The position numbers and the translations under genes are program-made. DNA of 60,285 nucleotides, the filler included. It is 7 parts of 7 records of this genome, joined end to end, with 100 filler letters (N's around TTAATTAATTAA, not from the genome) between each part and the next. Parts side by side here need not be neighbours in the genome. Positions count along the whole stretch, not along the records: positions 1 to 5,131 come from DRR723986_15930; positions 5,232 to 15,698 come from DRR723986_15934; 5 more parts are not named here. One strand, 5' to 3'. The notes under the pieces were generated by a model that was not told the origin of the DNA, made no database searches, and saw nothing but the letters and a program-made list of their open reading frames with translations. Shown piece after piece: positions 1-8,453 of the stretch (positions are counted from its first letter, which is position 1; each line of letters opens with the position of its first letter).

Positions 1-1071
1 CGCCGCAACGTGGAATGGCTGACCGCTGATACGATCAGCTCGATCAACTTTACGCCGATTCACGCGCTTGATGGCACGATCACACCGCAGGGCTGCGCGT
101 TTGAACGCCACCATTCCGGCGCGATCGAGCTGGCCAAAGACGATTATCGCCTGATGATCAATGGCCTGGTCGATACGCCGCTGGTCTTTACCTATGCCGA
201 TCTGGAACGTTTCCCCCGTGTCACCCGCACCTATTTCTGCGAATGCGCGGCTAATACCGGCATGGAATGGGCCGGCGCCCAGCTGAACGGCGCGCAATTC
301 ACCCATGGTATGATCCATAACATGGAATATACCGGCGTAACCCTGCGCACCCTGCTGGAAGAGGCGGGCCTGGGTGCCGCGGGCGATCTTGCCGATAAGT
401 GGGTCTATGTCGAAGGCGCCGATGCCTCGTCGAATGGCCGCTCGATCCCGATGGAAAAGGCGCTGGATGACGTTTTGGTGGCGTTCAAGGCCAATGGCGA
501 GGCGCTGCGCAAAGAGCATGGCTACCCCGTGCGCCTGGTTGTGCCCGGCTGGGAAGGCAATATGTGGGTCAAATGGCTGCGTCGCATCGAAGTGACCGCG
601 CAGGCCATCGAAAGCCGCGAAGAAACCTCGAAATACACCGATACGCTGGCCGATGGCACCAGCCGCAAGTGGACTTGGGTGATGGATGCAAAATCTGTCA
701 TCACCTCGCCCAGCCCGCAGGCCCCCATCACTCACGGCCACGGCCCGCTGGTGATCACCGGCCTGGCATGGTCGGGGCGTGGCGCGATTACGGGCGTTGA
801 TGTCTCGCTGGATGGCGGCAAAAACTGGCAAAAGGCGCGTTTGGCGGCCGATGGCCAAGACAAGGCGCTGACCCGGTTTTATCTGGATATCAACTGGCAG
901 GGCGAAGACATGTTGCTGCAATCGCGCGCGCATGATTCCACCGGCTATGTGCAGCCCTCGAAGGCGCAGCTGCGCGAAGTGCGCGGTTTGAACTCGATCT
1001 ATCACAACAACTGCATCCAAACCTGGCATGTATACCCGACCGGGGAGGCTGAAAATGTCGAAGTATCGTAA
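1..1071 (+). CDS. soxC: Sulfane dehydrogenase molybdoprotein subunit SoxC (5'-truncated)
   Basis: Sulfite-oxidase-family Mo-cofactor protein (FERHH, FCECAAN, HGYPVRLVVPGWEGNMWVKWL); frame open from base 1; stop overlaps the start of soxD. Confidence 0.93.
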   Translation, partial: RRNVEWLTADTISSINFTPIHALDGTITPQGCAFERHHSGAIELAKDDYRLMINGLVDTPLVFTYADLERFPRVTRTYFCECAANTGMEWAGAQLNGAQFTHGMIHNMEYTGVTLRTLLEEAGLGAAGDLADKWVYVEGADASSNGRSIPMEKALDDVLVAFKANGEALRKEHGYPVRLVVPGWEGNMWVKWLRRIEVTAQAIESREETSKYTDTLADGTSRKWTWVMDAKSVITSPSPQAPITHGHGPLVITGLAWSGRGAITGVDVSLDGGKNWQKARLAADGQDKALTRFYLDINWQGEDMLLQSRAHDSTGYVQPSKAQLREVRGLNSIYHNNCIQTWHVYPTGEAENVEVS

Positions 1072-2119
1072 TCTGGCCCTCAGCACAGCCATGGCCACGC
1101 TGGTGGCCGCGGCACCGGCTTTTGCCGATAAAATGGGCCTGGGCCGGCCCGCCTTGCCCGAAGAAATTGCCGCGTGGAACCTGGATGTTTCGCCCAATGG
1201 CGATGGCCTGCCTGCTGGTTCGGGCGATGTGATGACGGGCGAAGAGGTATTTGCCGAACATTGCGCCGTGTGCCACGGTGATTTTGCCGAAGGCGTGGAC
1301 AACTGGCCAAAACTGGCCGGCGGCATGGACACGCTCGATCATGAAGATCCGCTGAAAACCGTTGGCAGCTATTGGCCCTACCTGTCTACAGCGTGGGATT
1401 ACGTGCACCGCTCGATGCCGTTTGGCAATGCGCAAACCATGTCGGTGGATGATACCTATGCCATCGTGGCCTATATTCTGTATTCCAACGATCTGGTCGA
1501 TGATGATTTCGTTTTGTCGAACGAAAACTTCCTCGATGTTGAAATGCCCAATGCGAACGGGTTTATCATTGACGATCGGGAAACCGCGGAAAAGCATTTC
1601 TGGAACCCCGAGCCTTGCATGAGCAATTGCAAGGACAGCGTGGAAATCACCATGCGCGCCACGGTTCTGGATGTGACCCCCGAGGAAGAGGGCACCGACG
1701 AAGCCGCAGCACAGGCCGAGCCAGTGCAAGTGGCCGCAGCCGAACCTGCGCCTGCAGCCGAACCCGCAGCCCCTGCCGCACCTGCAGCCCCCGCCATCGA
1801 TATGGCTTTGGCCGAAGATGGCGAAAAGGTTTTCAAGAAATGCAAAGCCTGCCACCAAGTGGGTGATGATGCCAAAAACAAAACCGGTCCTGTGCTGAAC
1901 GGTGTTGTTGGCGCCAAATTTGGCCATGTCGAAGATTTCAAATACTCTAAGCCGCTGCAGGAAATGGCCGAGGCTGGGGGTGTTTGGGACGAGGCCAGCC
2001 TAACCGCCTTCCTGACCAAGCCGCGCGATTTTATGAAAGGCACAAAGATGTCCTTCGCCGGGCTTAAAAAGGAAGACGATATCAAGGCCGTCATCGAATA
2101 TTTGAAGACGTTCCAATAA
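1055..2119 (+). CDS. soxD: Di-heme cytochrome c SoxD
   Basis: Signal peptide; two CxxCH motifs (CAVCH, CKACH); KTVGSYWPY motif; Ala/Pro-rich linker; ATG at 1055 follows GGGGAGG. Confidence 0.92.
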   Translation: MSKYRNLALSTAMATLVAAAPAFADKMGLGRPALPEEIAAWNLDVSPNGDGLPAGSGDVMTGEEVFAEHCAVCHGDFAEGVDNWPKLAGGMDTLDHEDPLKTVGSYWPYLSTAWDYVHRSMPFGNAQTMSVDDTYAIVAYILYSNDLVDDDFVLSNENFLDVEMPNANGFIIDDRETAEKHFWNPEPCMSNCKDSVEITMRATVLDVTPEEEGTDEAAAQAEPVQVAAAEPAPAAEPAAPAAPAAPAIDMALAEDGEKVFKKCKACHQVGDDAKNKTGPVLNGVVGAKFGHVEDFKYSKPLQEMAEAGGVWDEASLTAFLTKPRDFMKGTKMSFAGLKKEDDIKAVIEYLKTFQ

Positions 2120-2134
2120 ACTTTGCTAAAATTT

Positions 2135-2158
2135 GGCAGGGCCAGTCTTGGCCCTGCC
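2135..2158 (+). terminator. GC-rich stem-loop after soxD (terminator or mRNA-stabilising hairpin)
   Basis: GGCAGGGCCA-gtct-TGGCCCTGCC perfect 10-bp stem; no clear U-tract. Confidence 0.45.
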
Positions 2159-2316
2159 GCACAGCTGGCGCGTTTTCAGGGAGGATGCCGTGCAGGCACT
2201 AGCCAGTTTTTGTAAATTTGCCCCCCCTGGGCCTGCCGCCCCTGGCAGCACTGCTATTGTTTTGCCGGGCAAAACAGGGCGCGCTATTGCTGTTAATCTT
2301 GCCAAACCTGGCCTGC

Positions 2317-2342
2317 AAAACCCAACTTTCGTTGGGTTTTTT
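2317..2342 (+). promoter_or_regulatory. Perfect palindrome / terminator-like hairpin just upstream of soxE
   Basis: AAAACCCAAC-tttc-GTTGGGTTTT followed by TT, about 23 nt before the soxE ATG. Confidence 0.4.
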
Positions 2343-2365
2343 GCGTTTGAGAACAGGACACAGAC

Positions 2366-3088
2366 ATGACGAACACCCTCACTTACACAGTCCGGGGGGT
2401 GCTGGCCCCGCTTGTTGCGGCAGCTTTGCTGGCCACTGCAGCCTGGGCCGAAGATATCGGCGATGCCGCGCAGGGCGAAAAAGTGTTTCGCAAATGCGCC
2501 AGCTGCCACCAGCTGGGGCAGGGGGCCGAGCACCGCGTGGGCCCACATTTAAACGGCATTTTTGGCCGCAAGGCTGGCACCGCCCAGGGCTATACCCGTT
2601 ATTCCCCAGGGCTTTTGCGGGCGGGCGAAGATGGGTTGATCTGGTCGTTGGATAACCTGTCTGCCTATCTGGAAAACCCAAAATCGCTGGTATCTGGCAC
2701 GCGGATGAATTTTCGGGGCCTGAAAGATGCCGACGATCGGGCCAATGTTTTGGCCTATATGCGCCAATTCTCAGACAACCCCGCCAATATCCCCGAGGCA
2801 CAGCCCACCGCGCTGCCCCATGAAATAACCCTGCCGCCCGAGATTTTGGCAATTGTGGGCGATCCTGAATATGGTGAATATTTGGCCAGCGAATGCCAAA
2901 CCTGCCACCGTTCGGATGGCTCTGATCAGGGGATTCCATCGATCACGGGCTGGCCCACCGAAGATTTCGTATTGGCGATGCATGCTTATAAGCAACAGCT
3001 GCGCCCCAATCCTGTGATGCAAAACTATGCCGGTCGTTTGACCGATGAAGAGATTGCAGCTTTGGCTGCATATTTTGCAGGGCTCTAA
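2366..3088 (+). CDS. soxE: Di-heme cytochrome c SoxE
   Basis: Signal peptide; CASCH and CQTCH heme motifs; lies between soxD and soxF. Confidence 0.88.
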   Translation: MTNTLTYTVRGVLAPLVAAALLATAAWAEDIGDAAQGEKVFRKCASCHQLGQGAEHRVGPHLNGIFGRKAGTAQGYTRYSPGLLRAGEDGLIWSLDNLSAYLENPKSLVSGTRMNFRGLKDADDRANVLAYMRQFSDNPANIPEAQPTALPHEITLPPEILAIVGDPEYGEYLASECQTCHRSDGSDQGIPSITGWPTEDFVLAMHAYKQQLRPNPVMQNYAGRLTDEEIAALAAYFAGL

Positions 3089-3120
3089 ACGCGCCCTGCC
3101 CATAAAAGGGAGGACTAAAA

Positions 3121-4389
3121 ATGACATTAAACAGACGCGCCTTTATTGGCACAGGGGCCGCAGCCCTGGCGGCGTTACAAGCGCCCGCGCTGTGGGCCGC
3201 AGGCCATGGCAAGCCCAAGGTAGTGGTGATTGGCGGCGGTGCAGGCGGGGCAACAGCCGCGCGCTATCTGGCCAAAGACAGCAAAGGGGCCATTGATGTA
3301 ACGCTGGTCGAGCCCAGCCGCCATTATTACACCTGCTTCTTCTCGAACCTCTATATTGGCGGGTTCCGTGATATCAGCTCGATCGGGCATAGCTACGGCA
3401 CGCTGGCCTCTGACTATGGCATCAACGTGGTGCATGATTGGGCTGTGGGTGTAGACCGCGATGCGCGCACCGTCACGCTGGCCGGTGGTGCGGTGCTGGC
3501 CTATGACAAGCTGATCCTAAGCCCCGGCATTGATTTCGTCGAAGGTGCCGTGCCCGGCTGGGATACATCGGCGCATAACAAGATGCCCCATGCCTACAAA
3601 GCGGGCAGCCAGACCGAGCTGTTGAAAGCCCAGATCGAGGCGATGCCGCAAGGTGGGCGTTTTGCCATGGTGGCCCCGCCCAACCCCTATCGCTGCCCCC
3701 CGGGGCCCTACGAGCGTATCAGCATGGTTGGGCATCTGTTAAAGCAGATCAACCCGACGGCAAAAATCTTGTTGGTGGATCCCAAGCCAAAATTCTCGAA
3801 ACAGGCATTGTTCGAGGAAGGTTGGGCCAAACATTACCCCGGTATGATCGAACGCGTCGGCCCCGATTTTGGTGGCGACAAGGTAGAGGTGCGCCCCGAT
3901 TCCATGGAAGTGGTGATCGATGGCACGGTGGAAAAGGTAGACGTTTGCAACGTGATCCCGGCGCAAAAAGCTGGGCGCATTTGCGAAATGGCCGGTATCA
4001 CCGAGGGCAATTGGGCCCCCGTCAGCGGCCATACCATGGCCAGCCGCGTGGATGAAAACATCCATGTGTTGGGCGATGCCACCAATCAGGGCGACATGCC
4101 AAAATCTGGCTTCTCGGCCAACAGCCAAGCCAAAGTTGCGGCGATGGCGGTGCGTGGCGCGCTGACCGGGTCAAAGGTGTTCCCGGCCAAGTTCTCGAAT
4201 ACCTGCTGGTCGTTGATCGACACCGATGACGGTATCAAAGTTGGGGCCGCCTACGAGGCAACCGACGAGAAAATCGCGAAAACCAGCGGCTTTATCAGCG
4301 AAACGGGCGAAAGCGCAGACCTGCGCAAGCGCACCTACGAGGAAAGCATCGGCTGGTATTCAGGCATTACCGCCGACATGTTCGGCTAA
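3121..4389 (+). CDS. soxF: Flavocytochrome c sulfide dehydrogenase flavoprotein SoxF
   Basis: Tat signal (LNRRAFI); GGGAGG FAD-binding motif; YRCPPGPYER; MPKSGFSANSQ; NTCWS. Confidence 0.93.
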   Translation: MTLNRRAFIGTGAAALAALQAPALWAAGHGKPKVVVIGGGAGGATAARYLAKDSKGAIDVTLVEPSRHYYTCFFSNLYIGGFRDISSIGHSYGTLASDYGINVVHDWAVGVDRDARTVTLAGGAVLAYDKLILSPGIDFVEGAVPGWDTSAHNKMPHAYKAGSQTELLKAQIEAMPQGGRFAMVAPPNPYRCPPGPYERISMVGHLLKQINPTAKILLVDPKPKFSKQALFEEGWAKHYPGMIERVGPDFGGDKVEVRPDSMEVVIDGTVEKVDVCNVIPAQKAGRICEMAGITEGNWAPVSGHTMASRVDENIHVLGDATNQGDMPKSGFSANSQAKVAAMAVRGALTGSKVFPAKFSNTCWSLIDTDDGIKVGAAYEATDEKIAKTSGFISETGESADLRKRTYEESIGWYSGITADMFG

Positions 4390-4417
4390 GCCTTGGCACA
4401 AAGGCGTGGCGCGGTGT

Positions 4418-4903
4418 TTACGCGCCGCGCCAGGCCCGCAGGCTGGCCCAGGCCCAAACCAGTGCCAGGCCCGCGGAAAGGGCCATGTTCCAATTGGCCA
4501 TGGTCAAGCCCAGAAAAAACGGCGTCAGCGTGTCGCACAAGACCAGCGCTGGCGCATCAGCCGCCGCGCCCGGCAACAGGGCCGCGCCCGATAAATCGCC
4601 AAGGCCCGCGCCTGTGCAGCTGCTGGGGCCTTGCCACCATTTCAACTCGACCCCGCTGTGATAGGCGCCGATGCCTGCGGTTGTGGCGGCAGCCAGCGCG
4701 CCAAGCCCCCCCAAAACGGGCCAAAGGCCTTTGGGCGAGAGCACCAAGAGCGCTGCAATGACAATGGCCGCGCCATGGGGCCAGCGCTGCCATAGGCACA
4801 TCTGGCAGGGCGCCCAGCCCAAAGCCTGAAAGAAAAACGCCCCCGCCAACAGCGCCAAAGACCCACCCCCAGCGGCCAGCATCCAATTGCGATAAGTGCC
4901 CAT
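4418..4903 (-). CDS. dsbB: Disulfide bond formation protein B family
   Basis: Membrane protein with PCQMCLWQRWPH motif and a second Cys pair. Confidence 0.85.
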   Translation of the reverse strand: MGTYRNWMLAAGGGSLALLAGAFFFQALGWAPCQMCLWQRWPHGAAIVIAALLVLSPKGLWPVLGGLGALAAATTAGIGAYHSGVELKWWQGPSSCTGAGLGDLSGAALLPGAAADAPALVLCDTLTPFFLGLTMANWNMALSAGLALVWAWASLRAWRGA

Positions 4904-5131
4904 TATATCACCTTTACCAGGTAAAACCCGCCCAAGAGCAGCACCACAAAGACGATGAAAACCAAGCCCAGGCGCTTTTCTATGAAATCGCGCACAGGGG
5001 CGCCGAACCTATACAAAAGGGCGGCAATCAGGAAAAAACGCACGCCGCGCGCGATGATCGAGGTAACAATGAACGTGCCGAGCGGCAGGCCCGTCCAGCC
5101 TGACATGATGGTGATGACCTTGTAGGGAAAG
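4903..5131 (-). CDS. YqaA/DedA-family membrane protein (5'-truncated by contig end)
   Basis: FPYKVITIMSG...ARGVRFF motif; frame runs into the spacer. Confidence 0.75.
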
Positions 5132-5231
5132 NNNNNNNNNNNNNNNNNNNNNNNNNNNNNNNNNNNNNNNNNNNNTTAATTAATTAANNNNNNNNNNNNN
5201 NNNNNNNNNNNNNNNNNNNNNNNNNNNNNNN
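5132..5231. other. Artificial contig spacer
   Basis: 100 nt of N around TTAATTAATTAA (stops in all six frames). Confidence 0.99.
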
Positions 5232-5333
5232 AACTCAAAAAGCCTGCCCAACGCCGATGTCATACAGAGGTGGAGGCAAAGCGCTCAAGCCGGGATGTAC
5301 AAGGTATGCCGCCGTGCCGACCACCTGTGCGAC

Positions 5334-5364
5334 TTTGAATTACAGAAATCTTTGAGTAAATTTG
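5334..5364 (+). promoter_or_regulatory. Bacteroidota-type housekeeping promoter (-33/-7)
   Basis: TTTG-N19-TAAATTTG matches the TTTG...TAnnTTTG consensus, upstream of the 5496 gene. Confidence 0.55.
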
Positions 5365-5495
5365 CACCCTGTCAAAAAAATGCGTATTAGATTGATCGCA
5401 TTACTGCATATGCCCTGATTTGTAGCGCTGTACAGACCTGCCCCCGTCCTTCGTACCCGCGCGCCCGACTGCGAATTATACAACAAGATCATAAA

Positions 5496-7619
5496 ATGAG
5501 CCGGATGCCCGGCTTGGAGAACCCAATGAAATCGTTCCTGACTACGATATTTTGCCTTGTGGCAACGCTGTCTTTGCCGCTGAATTTAACTGCGCAAGAC
5601 TTGCAGGATGGGCTGCGTGCCTGGTACCCGCTGGACGGTGATGGATCTGATAAAACGCTGTTTGAGAACCACGGCGAGATTTTTGGTAACGTCGAGAAGG
5701 TCACCGACCGCAATGCGGTTGAAGAGGGCGCTTTGATGTTTGATTCGGAGTTTAAAGCCTGTATCGGTGTGCCGGCATTAATTACCTGGCCTGGGGCTTT
5801 TACGGTGAATGTTTTCCTAAACGGCGATGCCTTTGAGTGGACCGGCGGGCAGCTGGAGGAAACCTTTGTTGTTTTGGAGCAGCAACTGGATTTCTCGATG
5901 TCTGTTAAACGCATCGACGAAGAGAGTCTGGTCTTTCAGGCTGAACTCAGCAGCGGCGAGGGAGCGCAATCGATGCATCGTGTGGCGGACGCCATGTACG
6001 TAGACGACTTTATCGGTCGCTGGCGCATGTTGACCGCAGTTTACGATGGCACGGAATTGCGCCTTTATGTTGACGCCCAATTTGTTAAGTCGCTTATCAT
6101 TCCTGTACAACCCGATTACATTGCCGAGTTGACGGCAATTGGTTCGAGTGTGGACCGCCGCAATGGTTTCGACGGGGCGATTGACGATGTCCGAATTTAC
6201 GATCGCGTCTTAAGTGAAGCCGAAATGCAGGCGCTTATGGAGACCGACGAAGTCAGCATCCTGCGAGATCGCGAGCTTTTTGATGGGCGCGCGATAGTAG
6301 ATTTTAACGGTAATTGTGTGATGGATGCCGATGATATGTCCTTTCAGGGCCGATTGATTCACATAATGCCCAAGGACCGCTATTACCGAACGGACAACTC
6401 GGGGCGCTGGACCGCGGTACTTGATGCGGGCACATATACCGCACGGATAGAGCCGATCGCTAAATATAATGAACTTTGCGCGCCGGGCAGAGGTGCGCGC
6501 GAGTTTGTGGTTGACGAAAATTTGGAAGTTGCGCAGTCGCTCGACTTTGCTTCTAAGCCGGATGATCGTTTTTGCGAGGTGGCGGTAAGTATTGCCGGCG
6601 CGCGTCCACGACCTGGTTTTGAATTTACGTTTACGGCTCAGGTTGTTAACACGGGTTTGTGCCCCTGGAGCGGCTGGGTGCATGTGATTGTGGACCCACG
6701 CGCCACGTTAAACAGTGTAAGCCCGGAACACGATGTGTACTTTGACGATGTTTATAGTTTTCGGGTTGAAGACCTGCCTCGTGGTCATGTTCTGGACTTT
6801 GTATTTAACATGACGCTGGATACGCGTGCAGAACTGGGCACGGAATGGTGTTCCAGCGTGCGCGCAGAAAAAGATGGCAAGGGTGATGAGATTCTGCGGG
6901 CCGACTACGACGAGGATTGCGTCTCAATCCGCGGTTCTTACGACCCCAACGATATTGTGGTATACCCCGGCCCACAAATTGCCGATGTGATGACAGATTT
7001 AACATACCGCATTCGCTTCCAGAACACGGGAACGGCTCCGGCCGAGCGCGTAATTGTTAAACAACAGCTGCCGAGTGACCTGCGGATTGGATCGATGATT
7101 CAGGGAATTGTAAGCCACGACTACGAGTTCCACATCGATAAAAACCGCATGGCGACCTGGACCTTTAACGATATTATGCTGCCGGACAGCTCCAGTGATC
7201 TGGAGGGCAGTAACGGCTATATCAAATTCCGTGTACGCATGAACGAAGACACACAACGCGGTACCGAAGTATTAACAGATGCCTCAATTTATTTCGACTT
7301 TAACGACCCGATCATCACAAATATGGCCGACGTTGAATTGGCCGAAATTGTGACGTCAAATGACGACCCTGCGCCAGTTTTGGAACTCAACAGCCTGTTT
7401 CCAAATCCGGCAAGTGATGTAGTTGTGATTAATCTCAACGTTGCGGCCGCTGTCAGCGTTGAAGTCGTTGACATTTTGGGTGGAGTGCTTAAGTCTCTGG
7501 AATTCCAGAATCAGTCGCAGTTGCGCGTTGACGTCTCCGATTTGGCCGAGGGCACGTATTTTGTGCGTGTGCGGTCGGGTGACGTGCTACGACCTTACAG
7601 CTTCCAGGTTCGCCGTTAA
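5496..7619 (+). CDS. Secreted LamG/ConA-like and Ig-like (SYDPND-type) protein with T9SS type A sorting domain
   Basis: Signal peptide (start may be ATG 5526); LamG motifs (WRMLTAVYDG, FDGAIDDVRIYDRVLS); GSYDPND...YRIRFQNTGTA...IYFDFNDPIITN; C-terminal LFPNPA...GTYFVRV. Confidence 0.8.
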   Translation: MSRMPGLENPMKSFLTTIFCLVATLSLPLNLTAQDLQDGLRAWYPLDGDGSDKTLFENHGEIFGNVEKVTDRNAVEEGALMFDSEFKACIGVPALITWPGAFTVNVFLNGDAFEWTGGQLEETFVVLEQQLDFSMSVKRIDEESLVFQAELSSGEGAQSMHRVADAMYVDDFIGRWRMLTAVYDGTELRLYVDAQFVKSLIIPVQPDYIAELTAIGSSVDRRNGFDGAIDDVRIYDRVLSEAEMQALMETDEVSILRDRELFDGRAIVDFNGNCVMDADDMSFQGRLIHIMPKDRYYRTDNSGRWTAVLDAGTYTARIEPIAKYNELCAPGRGAREFVVDENLEVAQSLDFASKPDDRFCEVAVSIAGARPRPGFEFTFTAQVVNTGLCPWSGWVHVIVDPRATLNSVSPEHDVYFDDVYSFRVEDLPRGHVLDFVFNMTLDTRAELGTEWCSSVRAEKDGKGDEILRADYDEDCVSIRGSYDPNDIVVYPGPQIADVMTDLTYRIRFQNTGTAPAERVIVKQQLPSDLRIGSMIQGIVSHDYEFHIDKNRMATWTFNDIMLPDSSSDLEGSNGYIKFRVRMNEDTQRGTEVLTDASIYFDFNDPIITNMADVELAEIVTSNDDPAPVLELNSLFPNPASDVVVINLNVAAAVSVEVVDILGGVLKSLEFQNQSQLRVDVSDLAEGTYFVRVRSGDVLRPYSFQVRR

Positions 7620-7669
7620 TCCGGCTAGTTTCTCTACCATTCAACCTCGATTAAACGCGAAGTATTGAA

Positions 7670-7731
7670 GAAGTCCTGTGAATTTTTGGCTGCTGACTTA
7701 ACAGTTGTTGGCCTAAGGTTCACAGGACTTC
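7670..7731. repeat. Long imperfect hairpin downstream of the T9SS gene
   Basis: GAAGTCCTGTGAA (7670-7682) / TTCACAGGACTTC (7719-7731) perfect 13-bp inverted repeat; inner sequence partly pairable. Confidence 0.7.
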
Positions 7732-7947
7732 GTCGTTTATGGGCGGGGGAGTGGTGAATTTGGGCCTTGTTGTCTTTGTGCATTCAATATCGGTTTGCAG
7801 GCTTGATCACTGCGCCGCCCTGCAGACATGTCGGCTGATTTTTTGTTAATGTTAGCCGTTGAGAATTCAGCCACAAGTTTTTGCGGCGGCAGTATTTTGG
7901 GTTGATGGGTGTGGATTGTGGAGCGGGGGAGGCCTGCGGAGGAGTTA

Positions 7948-8010
7948 GAAGCTGTTAGCCTAAGGCTGTTAGGTGTTAATTGAAGCTGTTAGCCTAAGGC
8001 TAACAGCTTC
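7948..8010. repeat. REP-like palindrome (one partial and one full copy)
   Basis: GAAGCTGTTAGCC-taa-GGCTAACAGCTTC at 7982-8010, preceded by a partial direct copy at 7948. Confidence 0.8.
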
Positions 8011-8147
8011 GAGATTCAAATCCCTGAGCTACAATGCTGAAGTCCGGAGCGCCGAGTCTCAGTTTCAACTGGAAGAATCTAAGACTTAGGAATTGTGGAA
8101 TATTTGGGAGAATGTTATCTAAGAAGTTCTTGATTTGAGTCTCAAAA

Positions 8148-8332
8148 ACAACCGGGTCGAGCCCTAAAGGCTCGACCCGGTTGTCAAAAAATCAGACTTC
8201 AATTCCTCAACCGCTAATCCCCAACCCACACCACACAGCCCCCATTCCACCAACCGCTGAACCCTTTTGCCTTTTAATTGACGAATTCTCAATAAATTGA
8301 GCCTCCAGGCCAAATGTTACCCCCAATCCTGG
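8148..8332. repeat. Dispersed non-coding repeat, copy 1 (16-bp-stem palindrome plus conserved tail)
   Basis: ACAACCGGGTCGAGCC-ctaaa-GGCTCGACCCGGTTGT followed by about 150 nt homologous to 15820-15968. Confidence 0.75.
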
Positions 8333-8374
8333 CAGCGCCAAGCACCACTCCGTCAATCAAAATTGTCCAAAACT

Positions 8375-8413
8375 ACGCACAGCTTCCTCACCTGGAATGA
8401 GGAAGCTGTGCGT
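8375..8413 (-). terminator. Probable intrinsic terminator of the 8454-11564 gene
   Basis: ACGCACAGCTTCCTCA-N7-TGAGGAAGCTGTGCGT 16-bp stem; short T-run follows on the minus strand. Confidence 0.65.
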
Positions 8414-8453
8414 TTAGGCAAAGCAGATATCGACTAAGTGCTTATCCTTTGAA

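Noticed and set aside
1705..1800. GCAGCC/GAACC repeats in soxD
   Set aside because: They encode the ordinary Ala/Pro-rich linker between the two heme domains.
4418..5131. dsbB as a dedicated Sox accessory gene
   Set aside because: It is convergent with soxF and coupled to a yqaA-like gene; nothing in the sequence links it to Sox.
5176..5187. Recurring TTAATTAATTAA palindrome inside the N-runs
   Set aside because: Artificial six-frame stop linker repeated identically at all six joins; not biological.
7948..8010. Integron attC sites (GTTAGCC / GGCTAAC cores)
   Set aside because: The cores are in the reverse order for an attC and only 3 nt apart; no cassette ORFs or integrase are present.
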